Positions 1-13,169 of a stretch of DNA of 64,000 nucleotides are shown here, piece by piece. The translations under genes were made by a program, and so were the position numbers. Within the stretch, counting starts at the first letter, position 1; the number at the start of each line of letters is the position of its first letter. Source of the stretch: Octopus vulgaris (Eukaryota). The stretch is from NCBI GenBank assembly GCA_951406725.2, contig OX597814.1, positions 83,452,001-83,516,000 of the forward strand. Direction: 5' to 3'. The notes beneath the pieces are model-generated. The model saw only the letters and a list, made by a program, of their open reading frames with translations, had not been told where the DNA came from and ran no database searches.

Positions 1-865
1 AGTGATATTACGCAACCAATCAAAAAATTATTATCACAATGTATTAAAAACAGAATTTACAAATTTCAGCACTCTAAGGAGTCATGCACTTTGGGGATGT
101 GCCACAGTATTTGTTGGGCCATCAAATGTAGCTGTAGGTGTATCTGCAGGGGTAATTTCAATCTATTTTGCAAATTTATTGAACTCTTGTAAGATTATTT
201 ATCACTTTAGTTTGAACTGGTCAATTGTCGTGTATAGCTAGGATCATTAGATGTTCATCTCATACATAAGGAGCTAGATCTCTGGTTAGAAACCATAACT
301 TTTCTGCCATTTATGAACCTGACATGAGAATAATTGAGATTTGTCTCTAGAAATGTTGTGGGTTTCAATAGCTTTGCATATTTGAACATATGTGGTGATG
401 CAAATAACTATGTGATGTTTAGAAAACCAAGTGGGCTGTGATGATCTGGTAAAGCCTTTCTAGAAAATTAAAAGAGCCTTCCATAAAAATTCTTAATGCA
501 GAGCTTCATGCCATAGCTTTCCTAGTAACTGTACATAGTAATGGTCATGTGGAACATGCAGTAATATGTTCTCCCCTTGGGAAATTTTTAATTTAATTTT
601 TGATCTCAAGAACTAATTTTATATAATTCAAAATCATCCCTTTATATCTTTTACACTGTAAGTTATCTAATGGATTATATGTAGTCATGCAGCTTTGTAG
701 TAATCCCTTGGCTAGTTAGAATGTACTTCAACTTAGTAAATCTGATGGAACCTTGTCCATAAAGTGACATTCCAAATAAATTAAGAACTTTCTTACAGTA
801 GAGGTACTTGTTACACTTGTGAAAAAGTGAATAGATATAAGAAAATTTGTCATTTATGTAAAATA

Positions 866-1770
866 CACGAGGTGGTATCACAAAATTCCCAGACTAGTTA
901 TGTTTAATAAAAAATAACTTATTTACCTAAGTTTTAACATAATCTCCTTCAAAATTGTCACCTTGTGTAGTAATACACCAGTCTTAGCATTTCTGCCACT
1001 TTTGGAATCTGGTCTGGAAGTTGTTTTCTGTAAACAAGTTGAGGACCTTCTGCAATTTTCTCATGATCTCAACAAAGGTGTTAAAACAGTGACTATAGGG
1101 CTGCATTTTCATCTTCAGGAAAGATTTAGGTCTGCGGGTTCTAAATCTGGGGAATAGGGCAGGTGCAGAAGCATTACCATGTTGCTTTTGGCAAGAAACT
1201 CATGAGCTCAGTGACGGGGTGCGTTGCCATAATGAAGAATCCAATTCTTCACGCTCCACAGATCCATGTCCTCCAAATACTTCAAAACATTGTTGATTGT
1301 CCTCTGATGATCCTCATGCACAAGCTGATGAATTTTCTCCACGTTTCCTGGGGTGACACTCATGACAGGTCTTCCAGATTGTTCATTGTTTTCCAGATAT
1401 GTTCTTCTGCTTTTGAAGTGCTCATGCCACTTGAAATATTGTGTATGACCCATTGCTTTGTCACCAAAAGCTTGCCAATACATGCTCAGTGTCTCTACTG
1501 TCTCTACAGTATAGCTGACTTCCCAAGTTTAATGCAAAATTTCATGTTGGCTTTTTGTTCCAACTTCCTGTCCATGGCAAAAATTGTAGACCACAGCATA
1601 CATGTGATCACAAAAACCCAAATTTCAGAACTTGTGAAGTAAACAAAGCCATGTCACTCAGCACACTGCCTCATGAAGATCACTGCTAGCTCTCACTGCA
1701 CATGTAACTGTGTGCTGCCATCTGTTAGTACACTATAGAACTAGTCTAGAAACGTTTTGATACCACCTAT
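866..1770 (-). mobile_element. Internally deleted mariner-family DNA transposon
   Basis: Imperfect 30-bp TIRs (aggtggtatca...agactagtt at 870-899, inverse at 1739-1768). ORF 1208-1483(-) has a mariner N-terminal HTH (QAFGD.AM..TQ.F.W...FK, SGRP) joined directly to a W.LH..NAP.H catalytic-domain fragment. Confidence 0.85.
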
Positions 1771-2377
1771 ATTTGAATTATTAGAATGAGGAAAATACCA
1801 TTTGAAGTTTATTGCTAAGCATTCAGATGAAAAGGAAACTTTTAAAAGAGTAGTATTTTTCAGACAAGAAAATTACACTTGATTTTATTATGTGTGTGCC
1901 AATAGGTACATACTTAAGTTATGTACTTTTATGTACTTATTTTCCTTGTACTAAGGAATTATATAGTAACTCTAAAGTACTGGACAGGTGATCAGTTGAA
2001 ATATTCTCCAAGCCAGGTATATAATTTATAGAGCATAGAAGATGGAAAAGTTCAGTTCTTCAGGGTAAGATTTTATCATTTCCCTTTTCCATGCTTTTTT
2101 TTTTTCTGTCAGACATGATTGAAATAAAGTTTTGATCTGCTATTAAATTAGAATGTATAATAAAAAAAAATGTCCCATTTTCTCTCAGCTCCTATAACAA
2201 AATCTGCTTCTTTCTCAACAATGTAATAGTTTATTTTCTGATTTAAGTACATTGAGAAAGACGCCACTGATCTACCACTTTGTGATAATATTACAGTAAT
2301 AATTTCATCTCTTGCTTATGTCGTAAAAGGCAAAATATTAGCAATAGCAGTAACAACTGTCCATTTTATATAATTTT

Positions 2378-3953
2378 GTCATAGCCCAACTAATTAGGGG
2401 GAGAGTTAGTCTAGATGAGATGCAATTTGGTTTTGTGCCAGGTAGAAGCACCACTGATGTTATGTTTCTGGTAAGGCAACTGCAGGGGAAATACCTAGCC
2501 AAAGATAAACCTCTGTATTTGGCTTTTGTTGACTTGGAGAAAGCCTTTGACAGCCCCCACCCCCGCAATCCCTTATCTGGTGGTCAATGAGGAAACTAGG
2601 GATAGACAAGTGGTTAGTGAGAGCCATACAAGCCTTGTACTTGGAAGCTACCAGTAAGGTGAAGGTGGGCAATGAGTACAGCAGAGAACTCAGGGTACAA
2701 GTAGGGATTCACCTAAGATTGGTGCTCAACTCCTTGTTCATCATAGTCCTCCAGGAAATAACAGAGCAATTTAAGACAGGCTGCCCCTGGAAGCTCCTCT
2801 ATGCTGATGACCTTTCTCATATAGCTGAATCACTACTTAAACTAAAGAAGTTCCAGGTATGGAAGCAAGGTCTAGAATCGAAGGGCCTTAGAATTAACCT
2901 AGCAAAAACCAAAGTCATAGTAAGTAAGAAGGCAGACAAATCACAAATCCCTTCAGGTAGATGGCCTAGCTCAATCTGTAGAAAAGGAGTTGGTAGAAAC
3001 TCCATAAGATGCACCTGGTGTAAGCTTTGGACACATAATAGGTGCAGCAACATCAGAGGAAAGTTAACAGGGAAACTAACTTTTGTATGTGGAAGGTGCA
3101 CAGGTACAGTAAATGCTAAAAATGTGCAGAAAATGGACTCCATCAACTACTAGGAGGAACAAGCTAGTGGTAGTAAATAGCTTCCGTTATCTAGGTGACC
3201 AAGTTAGTAGTGGAGGTGGATGCTCCAAGAGCATAGCTGTGAGAATAAGATCAGGCTGGGCAAAGTTCAGAGAGCTTCTACCCCTGCTGGCAACAAAGGG
3301 CCTCGCTCTCAAAGTGAAAGGCAGATTGTTTGGTGCCTGTGTGCAAACAGCTATGCCCCATGACAATGAAACTTGGACTATGACAGTGGAGGACATACAT
3401 AGGCTTGAACGAAATGAAGCCAGTATGTTTCGCTAAATGTGCAATGTCAGTGTGCATGTTCGACAGAGTGTAAGCATCTTGAGAGAAAAGTTAGGCATAA
3501 GAGAAATCAGATGTGATGTGCAAGAGATGACTATGCTGGTATGGTCATGTAATGTATATGAATGAGGAAAACTGCGTAAAGAATGCTGGCCTCTAACTGT
3601 GGAAGGAACCTGTGATAGAGATAGACCCAGGAAGACATGGGATGGTGAAGCATGGTCTTTGAACTTTGAGCCTCACAGAGGCACTGACTGGTGACCAAGC
3701 CGAGCAAAATCACAGTTGTGATAGATACCGGTGGCATGTAAATGCACCCTGGTGTCATGCAAATGGCACCCGTGCTAGTGGCACAAAATCACCCATTACA
3801 CTCTTGAAGTGGTTGGCATTAGGAAGGGCATCCAGCCATAGAAAACCAAGTCAAATCAGACTGGAGTCTGGTGCAGCCTTCCAGCGTGCCAGCCCAGTCA
3901 AACCATCCAACTCATGCCTGCATGGACAACGGATGCTAAATCATGATGATGAT
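2378..3953 (+). mobile_element. 5'-truncated RTE-clade LINE (RT domain, PHD-like finger, 3' UTR with GAT tail), frameshifted
   Basis: LDEMQFGFVPGRSTTD, AFVDLEKAFD, LLYADDL, KGLRINLAKTK, FRYLGD, LERNE motifs; the 3' UTR ends in gatgatgat and recurs many times in the window. Confidence 0.92.
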
Positions 3954-4089
3954 TTGCATACAACACCAATAAGAATTCAAATAAATTAATATAGATCCCT
4001 TGCTACTTGGAAAGCTGAGTACATTTTTTCCTACTTAATAATAAGCACTATTTATATCAGTATTGCTATAACATTTATGTTTGAACATA

Positions 4090-5304
4090 TCAAATTGATG
4101 CAAAAATAATTGTGGTTTTTGACTATCATCTTGAAGTAATATATCTCAGGTGAGAATGAATTATATCAATAAATAATCATTAGATTCTACACATTTTTAC
4201 CCACAATTAACAAGTCTGCTTATTACAAGAGCATAGAATCCTGGTATCTTGAATAAATTTTCAAAGGCATTTGAACTACTGCTCAATTATTTACAGAAAG
4301 TTATCATGCATAAAATAGGTAATCAGTTGAAGAGAGTATGATAACAGAAAGTTATCATGCATAAAATAGATAATCAGTTGAAGAGTTGGGGGTAAGCTAC
4401 CTGATGTAGAATTTCATAACCAAGTTTATTCATTTCTACTGAATCATTTGTGAGACATGTGGTCAGGTGTTGTCATTGATTTAAATTTGTATTTTCCAAT
4501 TAACAAATCTTGTTCATGAATACAGTTCTTGGGGCATTTTGTTCATTTCTTTGCTGTGATATTGTCACAAGGATTTAAGAAACAGAAGTATGATTCCACT
4601 TACTAAAAACCAGAGATTGTAAACCTATTTTGATACAGCTTCAGTTTGTGATGGAATTTTTCTTTACTTGGCACAATACAATCAAGAAATGAATCATTTT
4701 TGCTGCATCAAGGAAGCCCAGACCAGATTTTGTAATGACTTTTTTGTTTTTTATTTTGTCAGTTATGCAGTGCCTATTTTGTTGAGCTTTGTGATATTTC
4801 AGTAAGGAGGAAATGAATGTCAAGCAAATGTTGAATAGTAAAGCTTAGTTCTTCAGCAACTAAAGTTGTTCTGCATAGGTTCACTTTAGTAATGGTCTTT
4901 AAGCTATTGTTGTCATTCATATGTGGTCATCCATTATCTTCCTTGTCTTCAAGACTCTTGTTTCTACTATAAAATTTCTGGAACCAATGTTGAACAGTAT
5001 ATTCGTTAACAGTCCTGTGTTCAAATGCCTGCTTGATATTATGAACTGTTTCCACTTTGTTGCATTCCATTTTGAATTCATACAATAAAATGACTAAAAT
5101 TTGCTTTTTATTTTTCAAATTTAATTTAACTGCTTAAAATAAAAAGAGAAAGTGAAACCATTAATATAATTCAGTAGTTCAAATTCTGTACTGCAAGCTG
5201 GTATATTACATGAATTTAGTTTAATAGAAGTTCAACTGCAAATATATATCATAATCATAAAATAAGAAAAATTGTTATAAAAAGTTATTTCTATACCAAT
5301 CTAA
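4090..5304 (-). mobile_element. Decayed mariner element (Hsmar1/SETMAR-like)
   Basis: TIR-like ends (tcaaattgatgcaaaaataattgtggttttt after TA; inverse end ...accaatctaa). ORF 4927-5118(-) KKQILVILLYEFK...ETVHNIKQAF...TVQHWFQKF...SLED; minus-strand remnants FLDCIV and HDN further along. Confidence 0.8.
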
Positions 5305-7855
5305 TGTCATTGACTAGATGATATGGAGAACTGGATAAATATTAAGCTCTACAAAACAGTTGAAAGTTTGAGAGAATTCTATGCAAGCCTTTTCTTACTG
5401 GAATTGCCAGTAACAACCAGCATCTGTGCTTGGCATGGTAAAATATTTGATTTTGTGAAACCTTCTCTTTAAAGTTTTGAAGTTTCTGAATCTTTAAATT
5501 TTTTATCTTCCATACTGTATAACAAGATTGCAGCAGATTCCCCACTCACAGTAACTAACTCTAAATTTCTTTTTGTAATTTTAAAAAAAGTAAACGAAGA
5601 ATACCTTCAGCACAAAGTATGAACAGAAAGTTATTATATCATCTTATTTTTTATAGATATTTTAGTGATGCAATATCTACAAATTTAATTTTATATTTTG
5701 GATTTAGCCTACTTGTGGATATATTTCCTAGTGGAATTGATTTGCTAATTTTTGACAGATTAAATTTTCATATCAGCCTGTATCTATGAGAATTTCAATT
5801 AACTTGTTATTAATTTTGTTGTTATCACAGGAACTAAAAGAAACTCATTAGTAACCCATAGAGACCCAAGAAACCCATAGTATTGCCAGAGAAATAGCTT
5901 TAGATTAAATAACTGAAGAAGTTGTCTTCATATCTGGGGCAGAAAAGCTGTGCTTCCTGACTGGCTAATGATAGCTCTGTGTCTTCCTATTTAACATTTT
6001 TTTTTACACTTTTTACTAAATGATAGTTTATCACTGAACATGATGCTTAAAGGTGAATCTTTGAAGTGCTACAGAAAAAGCGTGTAGTAAATTGCTTAAT
6101 TTTACCAGTTAAATTTTCATAGTTAACATCAAAAGATTCTACTGAAGCAACAAGTATCTGATACAGTTCTGAATTAGATTGAGCTTATTTCAAAGACTTA
6201 GCCTACTGGATAGCACTATCCAATGTTAAGGTGTTATTTTCTCATCATCTGGACCTGATAATATCTGAATACTTTCCATATACAAAAGAATTTCTTATAA
6301 ATGATAATTTACTTTCTGCAGTTATTATAACATTAAAATTGTAATCATGAAATAATAGAAATACTAATATATTTATGAATTAATTAAATTCTATAGAAAT
6401 TCATCTCTCATTTTGTTGAACTTTCGAATTTGTATGAGCAAAAGGTATTTTGCATATATTTCAGTGGGTGGTTTTACTTATGCTTCATCTCACGAGTTGC
6501 TCAGTCCTGTATGTTTGCTACTTTAAGCCAAATTGTTGGAACAAATGCTTTAAAGTTTGAATTGATGGTTGATAGCTATGGCAAAACATTTATTTGAATC
6601 TCCTTATCCATAACATTACCCTACCACATTGAAGAGACTTTATTGAAATGTCAAACTTTTCTGGTCTAGCTGTCTAGTCTATTTTGATTTAGTAATTGAT
6701 AGCTTTTAAATTGATTAAACTGTTATGATAAAGAACATTTCTGCTTTAATCCTTTAATCAATTTAAAAGAGACATATATCTGCATCAGATTATCTGATGT
6801 GGTTTTGGAAGAAGATATAAGGAATATGACTGTTTTTATAAAGAAGCAGCTCTTATAAAACATATTGTGTCCATGAAAAATGGCAGACTGTCCATAGCTA
6901 GAATTCCTTTGATCATAGGCCTGCTGTATCAAGGTTGAAATTAGGCTAAACAGAAGGACATCATCTGTTAGAAATAGCAGCCAAATCTTCTTTAAGTCAC
7001 TTTTTATCATCTTAAAAAATTGAAGCATACATTGAATAATGTAGTCTTAGATACCACTTAAAAAAACAGGATGGCCATTGAATGCTTTTAATCATGGATC
7101 TGTTCAATTAGGGTTGACATAAAAATAAACAATTACCAGTTAAGTTGTTGAATGCTATATAGAATAAATGACAAAGAAATCTCCTCCTAACATGTTGTTG
7201 TTGATACTGCTACTGGAAGATGTTTTATTTTTTCTAAATAAGACATATTGTGAGTAATTTTAAAAAAAACATATTTAATTATAGTAATTTCAGTCGCAAT
7301 AATTATTGTCCTTGTTATTGCTACTGCTTTATATTAATTAGCTCTCTCAATAAGTTTATTAATTTCTTAATAATGATTGGCACATAGTTAGAATTTTTAA
7401 GTGGGGGTTATAATCAATTAAATCAATCGATGATTAGTGGTTGTTTAATCAACCCTTCTGGGATGAGAGGTGAAAGATAAAGTTAATTGCAGTAGAATTT
7501 GAACTCAAAAAGTCAATGAATGAGATTAAATACTACATAGAATTGATTCTGGCAACTTCACTGCACTTAGAAATTTCCTAATAACAATAATACACCTTTC
7601 AAAAACCATAGCATGATAATAAAAAAAACAAAGTCAGGAGGTAATGTACTGGATGTTGTATGCAAAAAAATAAATCTTAATTAATTGAAATGTTTCTTAT
7701 AGTTAGAAAAGCAAAACAAGAACCAAATAGTAATTGCTAGTGAGTGTAAAAGAAAATAGGAGATAATGACAAGAAATTAAAAATTGATTCTTGAAGTTAA
7801 TTTACATGTTTTGTTGAGAAGGAAAGGTTGATCTTTGTTTACCTGCAAGGAACAA

Positions 7856-7895
7856 CTATGAACATGTTTCAGTATATTAGGCTTCATCAGCACAG
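7856..7895 (-). ncRNA. Minimal type I hammerhead ribozyme-like motif
   Basis: Minus strand CUGUG-CUGAUGA-AG(ccuaauaua)CU-GAAA-CAUG-UU-CAUAG: 5-bp stem I, intact core, palindromic ACAUGU stem III; stem II reduced to 2 bp. Confidence 0.5.
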
Positions 7896-9844
7896 ATTAG
7901 TCTACTCAAGCCTGCTTGATCAGTTGACTAAGATTTTTACATAGTATGATAGTATAATGGTAAATCCTAGGCAAGCTGAGTTTCACACTAATTCATTTCA
8001 CAGCTGAGTCTCTTTATTCTTCAAACCTTCAATTTCATGCCATAAAAAATGCCTGAATAAAGACAGATTCTACCATACTAACTTTTTCACAATACACTTG
8101 ATGAAAGTGTAGCCTCTTGTAGCAACTCAGTGACCCATTAAGGATTATAGAACACTTGGAAAATGTGAAAAAATATATATATTAGGGAAAGAGGCAGTAT
8201 TAATACTGAGAGGTAATATTTATCCCCACTTAAACATGGATGTTCTATTAGAACAAACTATACTAATAGAGCTACCATGAGAGAAGCTCTCATATGGGCT
8301 TTTTGATGCAAAATGCATTCTTGTTTATATTACTAGCAAAGAGATAAATCCCCACTACCCCCAACACCAAGACCACCAGTTCACATGGTTTTGACCTTCT
8401 TTGGTCTTGTCAATGATGTCAATGAAAAATACATCCTTTAGTCAAACCCATTTAATGATAACTATTAAACTTTAATTAACAAACTCAGCACAATATATTT
8501 TGAGAGAGCCACTTCTTCAGTTCTCACTCTTATTTTCTAATCTGAAATAGTATTTGAAGATTTGTAAGAATATTTAATAAATTAACTGGCTCTCTTTCTT
8601 CAACTACACCAACCTTGATTTCTATTATGCCAATAACACAAAGACAGTAATCTGCTGTCACAAAACTGGATAGTTTCCTTGCACACAATTTAACTCTGCA
8701 CAAATAGCTATTTCATTTCTTAAATCAAACACAAGATGGAAAGTACACAGAAGCAGTTGACAGATTTGGCATTTTGCGACTAACTTTAGATATTTAGCCT
8801 AAAAGTTCTCATTTGAAAGTTTACCAAAGCTTAGTAAATTTCTATGCAAAGTTTCTTTCCTTTCTCTAACCTTCCTTCTTTCCTTTCTCTAACACTCTTT
8901 GATGACCACAGCAGAACATGCATTTCTGGACATAACTCTCTTTATTATGCATCAAAGGAAGTAGACTGTTGTAGATTTGTTACCATCATTAGGCTGATAT
9001 GAAGCTGCAAATTATGAAAAGGGCTGGGGTGTTGAATAGGAGTAGTAGCTTATAGGCTTTTCCTAAGGTTAATAGCTACTTCGATGAAAAGAAAAAGACT
9101 TCAAGCAGAAATCTAAAACTAGGTTGCATGTTCTCAACCCTGTAAACTATTAATAAATATCAATGAAAAAAATCTTGATAAAAAGAAAATTAGCTACATT
9201 GCTTTGAGTGGCAATATCCTTAATAGGTGGTGATGTTTGTTATGTTGTTGTTGTTACATCAACAATCATAGTGATGTGGAACAATAACAACAGCACACCA
9301 ACAACAGCTGCAACTATAAAACAGAAATAAATGCTATTTTCTTGATGGAATAAAAGAAGCAGTTAGCTTCTTTTTGGAAATCATTCAAATAATTCTCAGC
9401 AGATGATGAGATTTTGACCCCCTAATGCATGAATATTTATAACCTCTTTTAATGAGCCATAAAAAAATCAATAGATTTAACTAAAACATTTCAGTTTTGA
9501 CTTGTACATATCAGTAATCCATATGAAACATGAAATATCTTGGCCTTGTTTCAAAATTGAGAGATCTGCAAAGTTTTTCCTGAGATTATATGTTAGAGTA
9601 ATGTTTTATTTATTATCAGCAATATCTAACGGGGCTGGTATAAAATCTCAGAAAGCCATCAGTACAATTCAGGAAGTAGTAGTAAACATAGCATTGTTTC
9701 AAGATAATCTCCTCTGAAGAATCTTTATGTCTAAATAATATACTGAGAGCAAAAATATATCATTTCAAAAGCCATAAAATGAAGTAATCCCTAAAATGAT
9801 AGAAGAAAATACACGCACAAAGTATAGTGATTCTGATACACTCT

Positions 9845-10258
9845 TGCTGTGTGCTTAAGAAGTGTTCTTCCCAAACTTGTGGTTTCAGGTTCAGTCCCAC
9901 TGAGTGACATTTTGGACAAGTGTCCTCTACTATAGCCCCAGGCCAACCAAACCTTTGTGAGCAGATTTGGTTGACAGAAACTGAAAGAAGCCCATTGTGT
10001 GTTGTGTGTGTGTGTGCACGCGTGTGTGGTGGGGTTGTGTTCTTTGTCTTGACAGCATGCAATAGTTGTAAATGAATGTTACCATTTTACAAGCTATGTC
10101 ATTCATTTCCAATCTTCCATGAAAATATGTCCAGCCATGGCGAAACATTAACTTGCTTGGAAACAGGTCAGGGTTGGTGACAGGAAAGGCATTCAGATGT
10201 AGAAAATCTGCCTCAATGAATTCTTCTGACTCATGCAGGCAAGAAAAAGAGGTGATGA
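9845..10258 (+). mobile_element. tRNA-head SINE with RTE-like 3' tail
   Basis: Head with ggttcagtcccact B-box-like motif shared with other SINE copies; 3' part ggtgacaggaaaggcattcag...gatgat resembles the RTE 3' UTR. Confidence 0.7.
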
Positions 10259-11199
10259 TATGCATGTGTGTGTTGTGTACATGTCTGTATATATATCATT
10301 ACCATCATCATTGTTGCTTTTTCATCCTCTTTTTCTATGGCATAAGATATGATGAGGATAATGATTTTATATATATATATTTATATAGACAGACAGACAG
10401 ACAGGTAGATAGATAGAGAGACACACAGAGAGACAGACAGACAGATACACACACACACACCTCCTTCCCAAATTTATATTCGTCATTGACCATGCCTATA
10501 ACCTTGTTCACCATTCACTATATTTACTGCTATCCCCCTCTCTAATCATGCGTTACTCTCCTTTGACACTCTAGCAAGCCTACCCACCCACCCTTCCTGA
10601 TTTTGTTCCTTTTCTCTCTTATACTCACCTTCTTGTACCTTGAGGATATGCTCTGATACCTTGTCACCACCATCTTTATCTCTTTCCAGCTACTCCCATC
10701 TGTATATAGTGCAGATTAGCCATGTTTGTCCTCTATAGCAGGACTCCAGTTTTTGTCCCTCTATCACACCTTTCAATATCTATCATGCCATTCAATAGCT
10801 GGCATAAGGCCACACACCCCTGCATCTCCACTCAGTCAAGATAGCTTTTTCCCTGGCAAGTTAATTGGCAACCTCAGTTGTCCCATACTTTGAAAAAAGC
10901 ACTCAGCACACTCTGTTAAGTGGTTGTCATTAGGAAAGGCATCCAACCAGAGAAATCATACGAAAGTAGGCAGTGGACCCTGACACAATCCTCAAGCTCA
11001 TTGGATCCTACTGAACCATCTAGCTCATGCCAGCACGAAAAACGAATGTGAAATGAAGATGACGATGATGATGATGATGACAAAAACAGTGACAATATGT
11101 GTGTATTGTGTACATGTGTGTGTGTATATATTATCATCGCTATCAGCATTGTTGCTTTCACATTCTCTTTTTCTATGGCATAAGACATGTATCATATTA

Positions 11200-11555
11200 T
11201 TGAGTTTGTATTCTGTGATCAGATGACCTTCCTATCACCAAACCTCATTTGTTATTCAAGTAAGGTAATTTTTTCCAATGGTCTTCACACCAAAACAATG
11301 AAGCCACCAAGCTATGGAATATATTGTTTACATAAACAAACAACATCACCATTTTATTTAAATAGATAGTGTCAATGTGAAAACACTTAGAAAACACACA
11401 CACAGACTCCTATAAAGCTTTCCATCTGCCAAGTTTCACTAACATGACATTGGTTGACTTGGGGCTGTGGTAGAAGATTCCTTGTCCAATGTGCCATGAA
11501 GTGCGGCTGAACTTTAAATCACATGGTTGCAAAACAAACTTCTTAACCTACAGTC
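11200..11555 (-). mobile_element. Decayed SINE (same family as 9845-10258)
   Basis: Reverse-complement similarity to both the SINE head and the RTE-like tail. Confidence 0.55.
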
Positions 11556-12009
11556 AGTATTATATATTTTTAAAAATCTAGTTCTGGTTTTATCATTCTG
11601 ATTATGATCATGTTAAAGTGCCACCAAATGACATTTTTTTTTACATTCATTTTACTATGCTTGTTTCAGTGGGATAGTTTTAGTGTTGTAGCAATTGTTT
11701 TTTCAGTTGAATGCCCTTCTTTCCACTTGCCATTCACAAACTATAAGTGGGACATTCCACAACATCCCATATATTTCTCTAGCTCTAGACAGCTATGATC
11801 TGGCAGTGACAAACTATATTTCCTTGATGAGGAAGTAGATTCAAAGTTGCCACAGTATACCAAAACTTTGATTCATTCCCCATTGCATTCTATTCTTAGA
11901 TAATTTTAATTTGTTAATTTAAATTTTTGAGTTGTTTCCCTGTGAATTTTCTTACCAGAATTCATCATTTGTAAGATGATTATTTCTCCCTCTAAGGATA
12001 TAATTTTAA

Positions 12010-12229
12010 CCCTTTCATTACTGTATTTATTTTAAGATACTCTATGTTTCTTTCAATCACTTTAAATATAACAAAGAATTTAGTAAAATAACTTAGTTAT
12101 CATTCAACTAGTGTTAGAAACATAAATTGTAACTAAGGTTTGGAAGAAGATTCTAATTCAAAACTTTTGAAAACAAGACATTTGTACTCAGAGTTGGAGC
12201 CAGTTTCAGCTGGATTGGTAATGAAAGAG
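12010..12229. mobile_element. piggyBac-type MITE
   Basis: TTAA flanks (12006-12009, 12230-12233) and TIRs ccctttcattac / gtaatgaaagag. Confidence 0.75.
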
Positions 12230-12480
12230 TTAAACTATTTTAATTTCTTAGCTTATTAAATTATGTATATTAGCTCCCATCTAAGCAATTATATTAACAA
12301 GTTGAACTTATTACTAAATAATAATTAGCCCATCACCTTAATATTATAACTACTGTGAAGTTAAAATAGTAATGCTGATATATTTGTTGTGATAACATTG
12401 ATATGTTAGTTCCGACTTTGTCAATTATAGTAGTATTGATTTGAAACTATGACTATGTAATAAGTAGCTCAATACCTTAA

Positions 12481-12689
12481 CATCGTAACATTTAAACTGG
12501 CCATATCCAGCCCAAATATTCTTTCTGTTTTATGTTCAAACTAGCCAGATCAGACCTCTTAGGCCTACTTTACAATGTCATTCCTAAAGTAAAGAATCCC
12601 ATCACTGAAATCTCAAAGCTACAAGACAATGCATGAGTAATTCACAATAATGTAAACATATTTGATAAAGTAATCTTAACGCTAAAGGG
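12481..12689. mobile_element. piggyBac-type MITE, left TIR decayed
   Basis: TTAA flanks; right end gctaaaggg-TTAA, left end only partly complementary. Confidence 0.45.
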
Positions 12690-12744
12690 TTAAAATAGTA
12701 ATTCTGTTATGAATACTTTGGTAGTAAGGGTAATGTAAGATACT

Positions 12745-12959
12745 CTCTTTACTCTTAACTCTTTTACTTGTTTCAGTCATTTGACTGCAGCCATGCTGGA
12801 GCAACACCTTTAGTCGAGCAAATCGACCCCAAGACTTATTCTTTGTAAGCCCAGTACTTATTCTATCGGTCTCTTTTGCCGAACCGCTAAGTGACGGTGA
12901 TGTAAACACACCAGCATCGGTTGTCAAGCAATGCTAGGGGGACAAACACAGACACACAA

Positions 12960-13004
<45 letters not shown>

Positions 13005-13169
13005 TATGACAGGCTTCTTTCAGTTTCCGTCTACCAAATCCACTCACAAGGCATTGGTCGGCCCAGGGCTATAACAGAAGACACTTGCCCAAGATGCCAC
13101 GCAGTGGGACTGAACCCGGAACCGTGTGGTTGGTTAGCAAGCTACTTACCACACGGCTGCTCCTGCGCC
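12745..13169 (-). mobile_element. Well-preserved tRNA-derived SINE (head + TA/CA microsatellite + 3' module)
   Basis: CpG-rich copy; reverse complement matches copies at 21825-22200 and 54420-54785; B-box-like ggttcagtcc. Confidence 0.85.

Noticed and set aside
5811-5900. Possible upstream exon after ttatcacag
   Set aside because: Early stop in the obvious frame and no similarity to CNG N-terminal sequence.
12745-13169. tRNA gene
   Set aside because: Only A/B-box-like head motifs in multi-copy SINEs; no cloverleaf.
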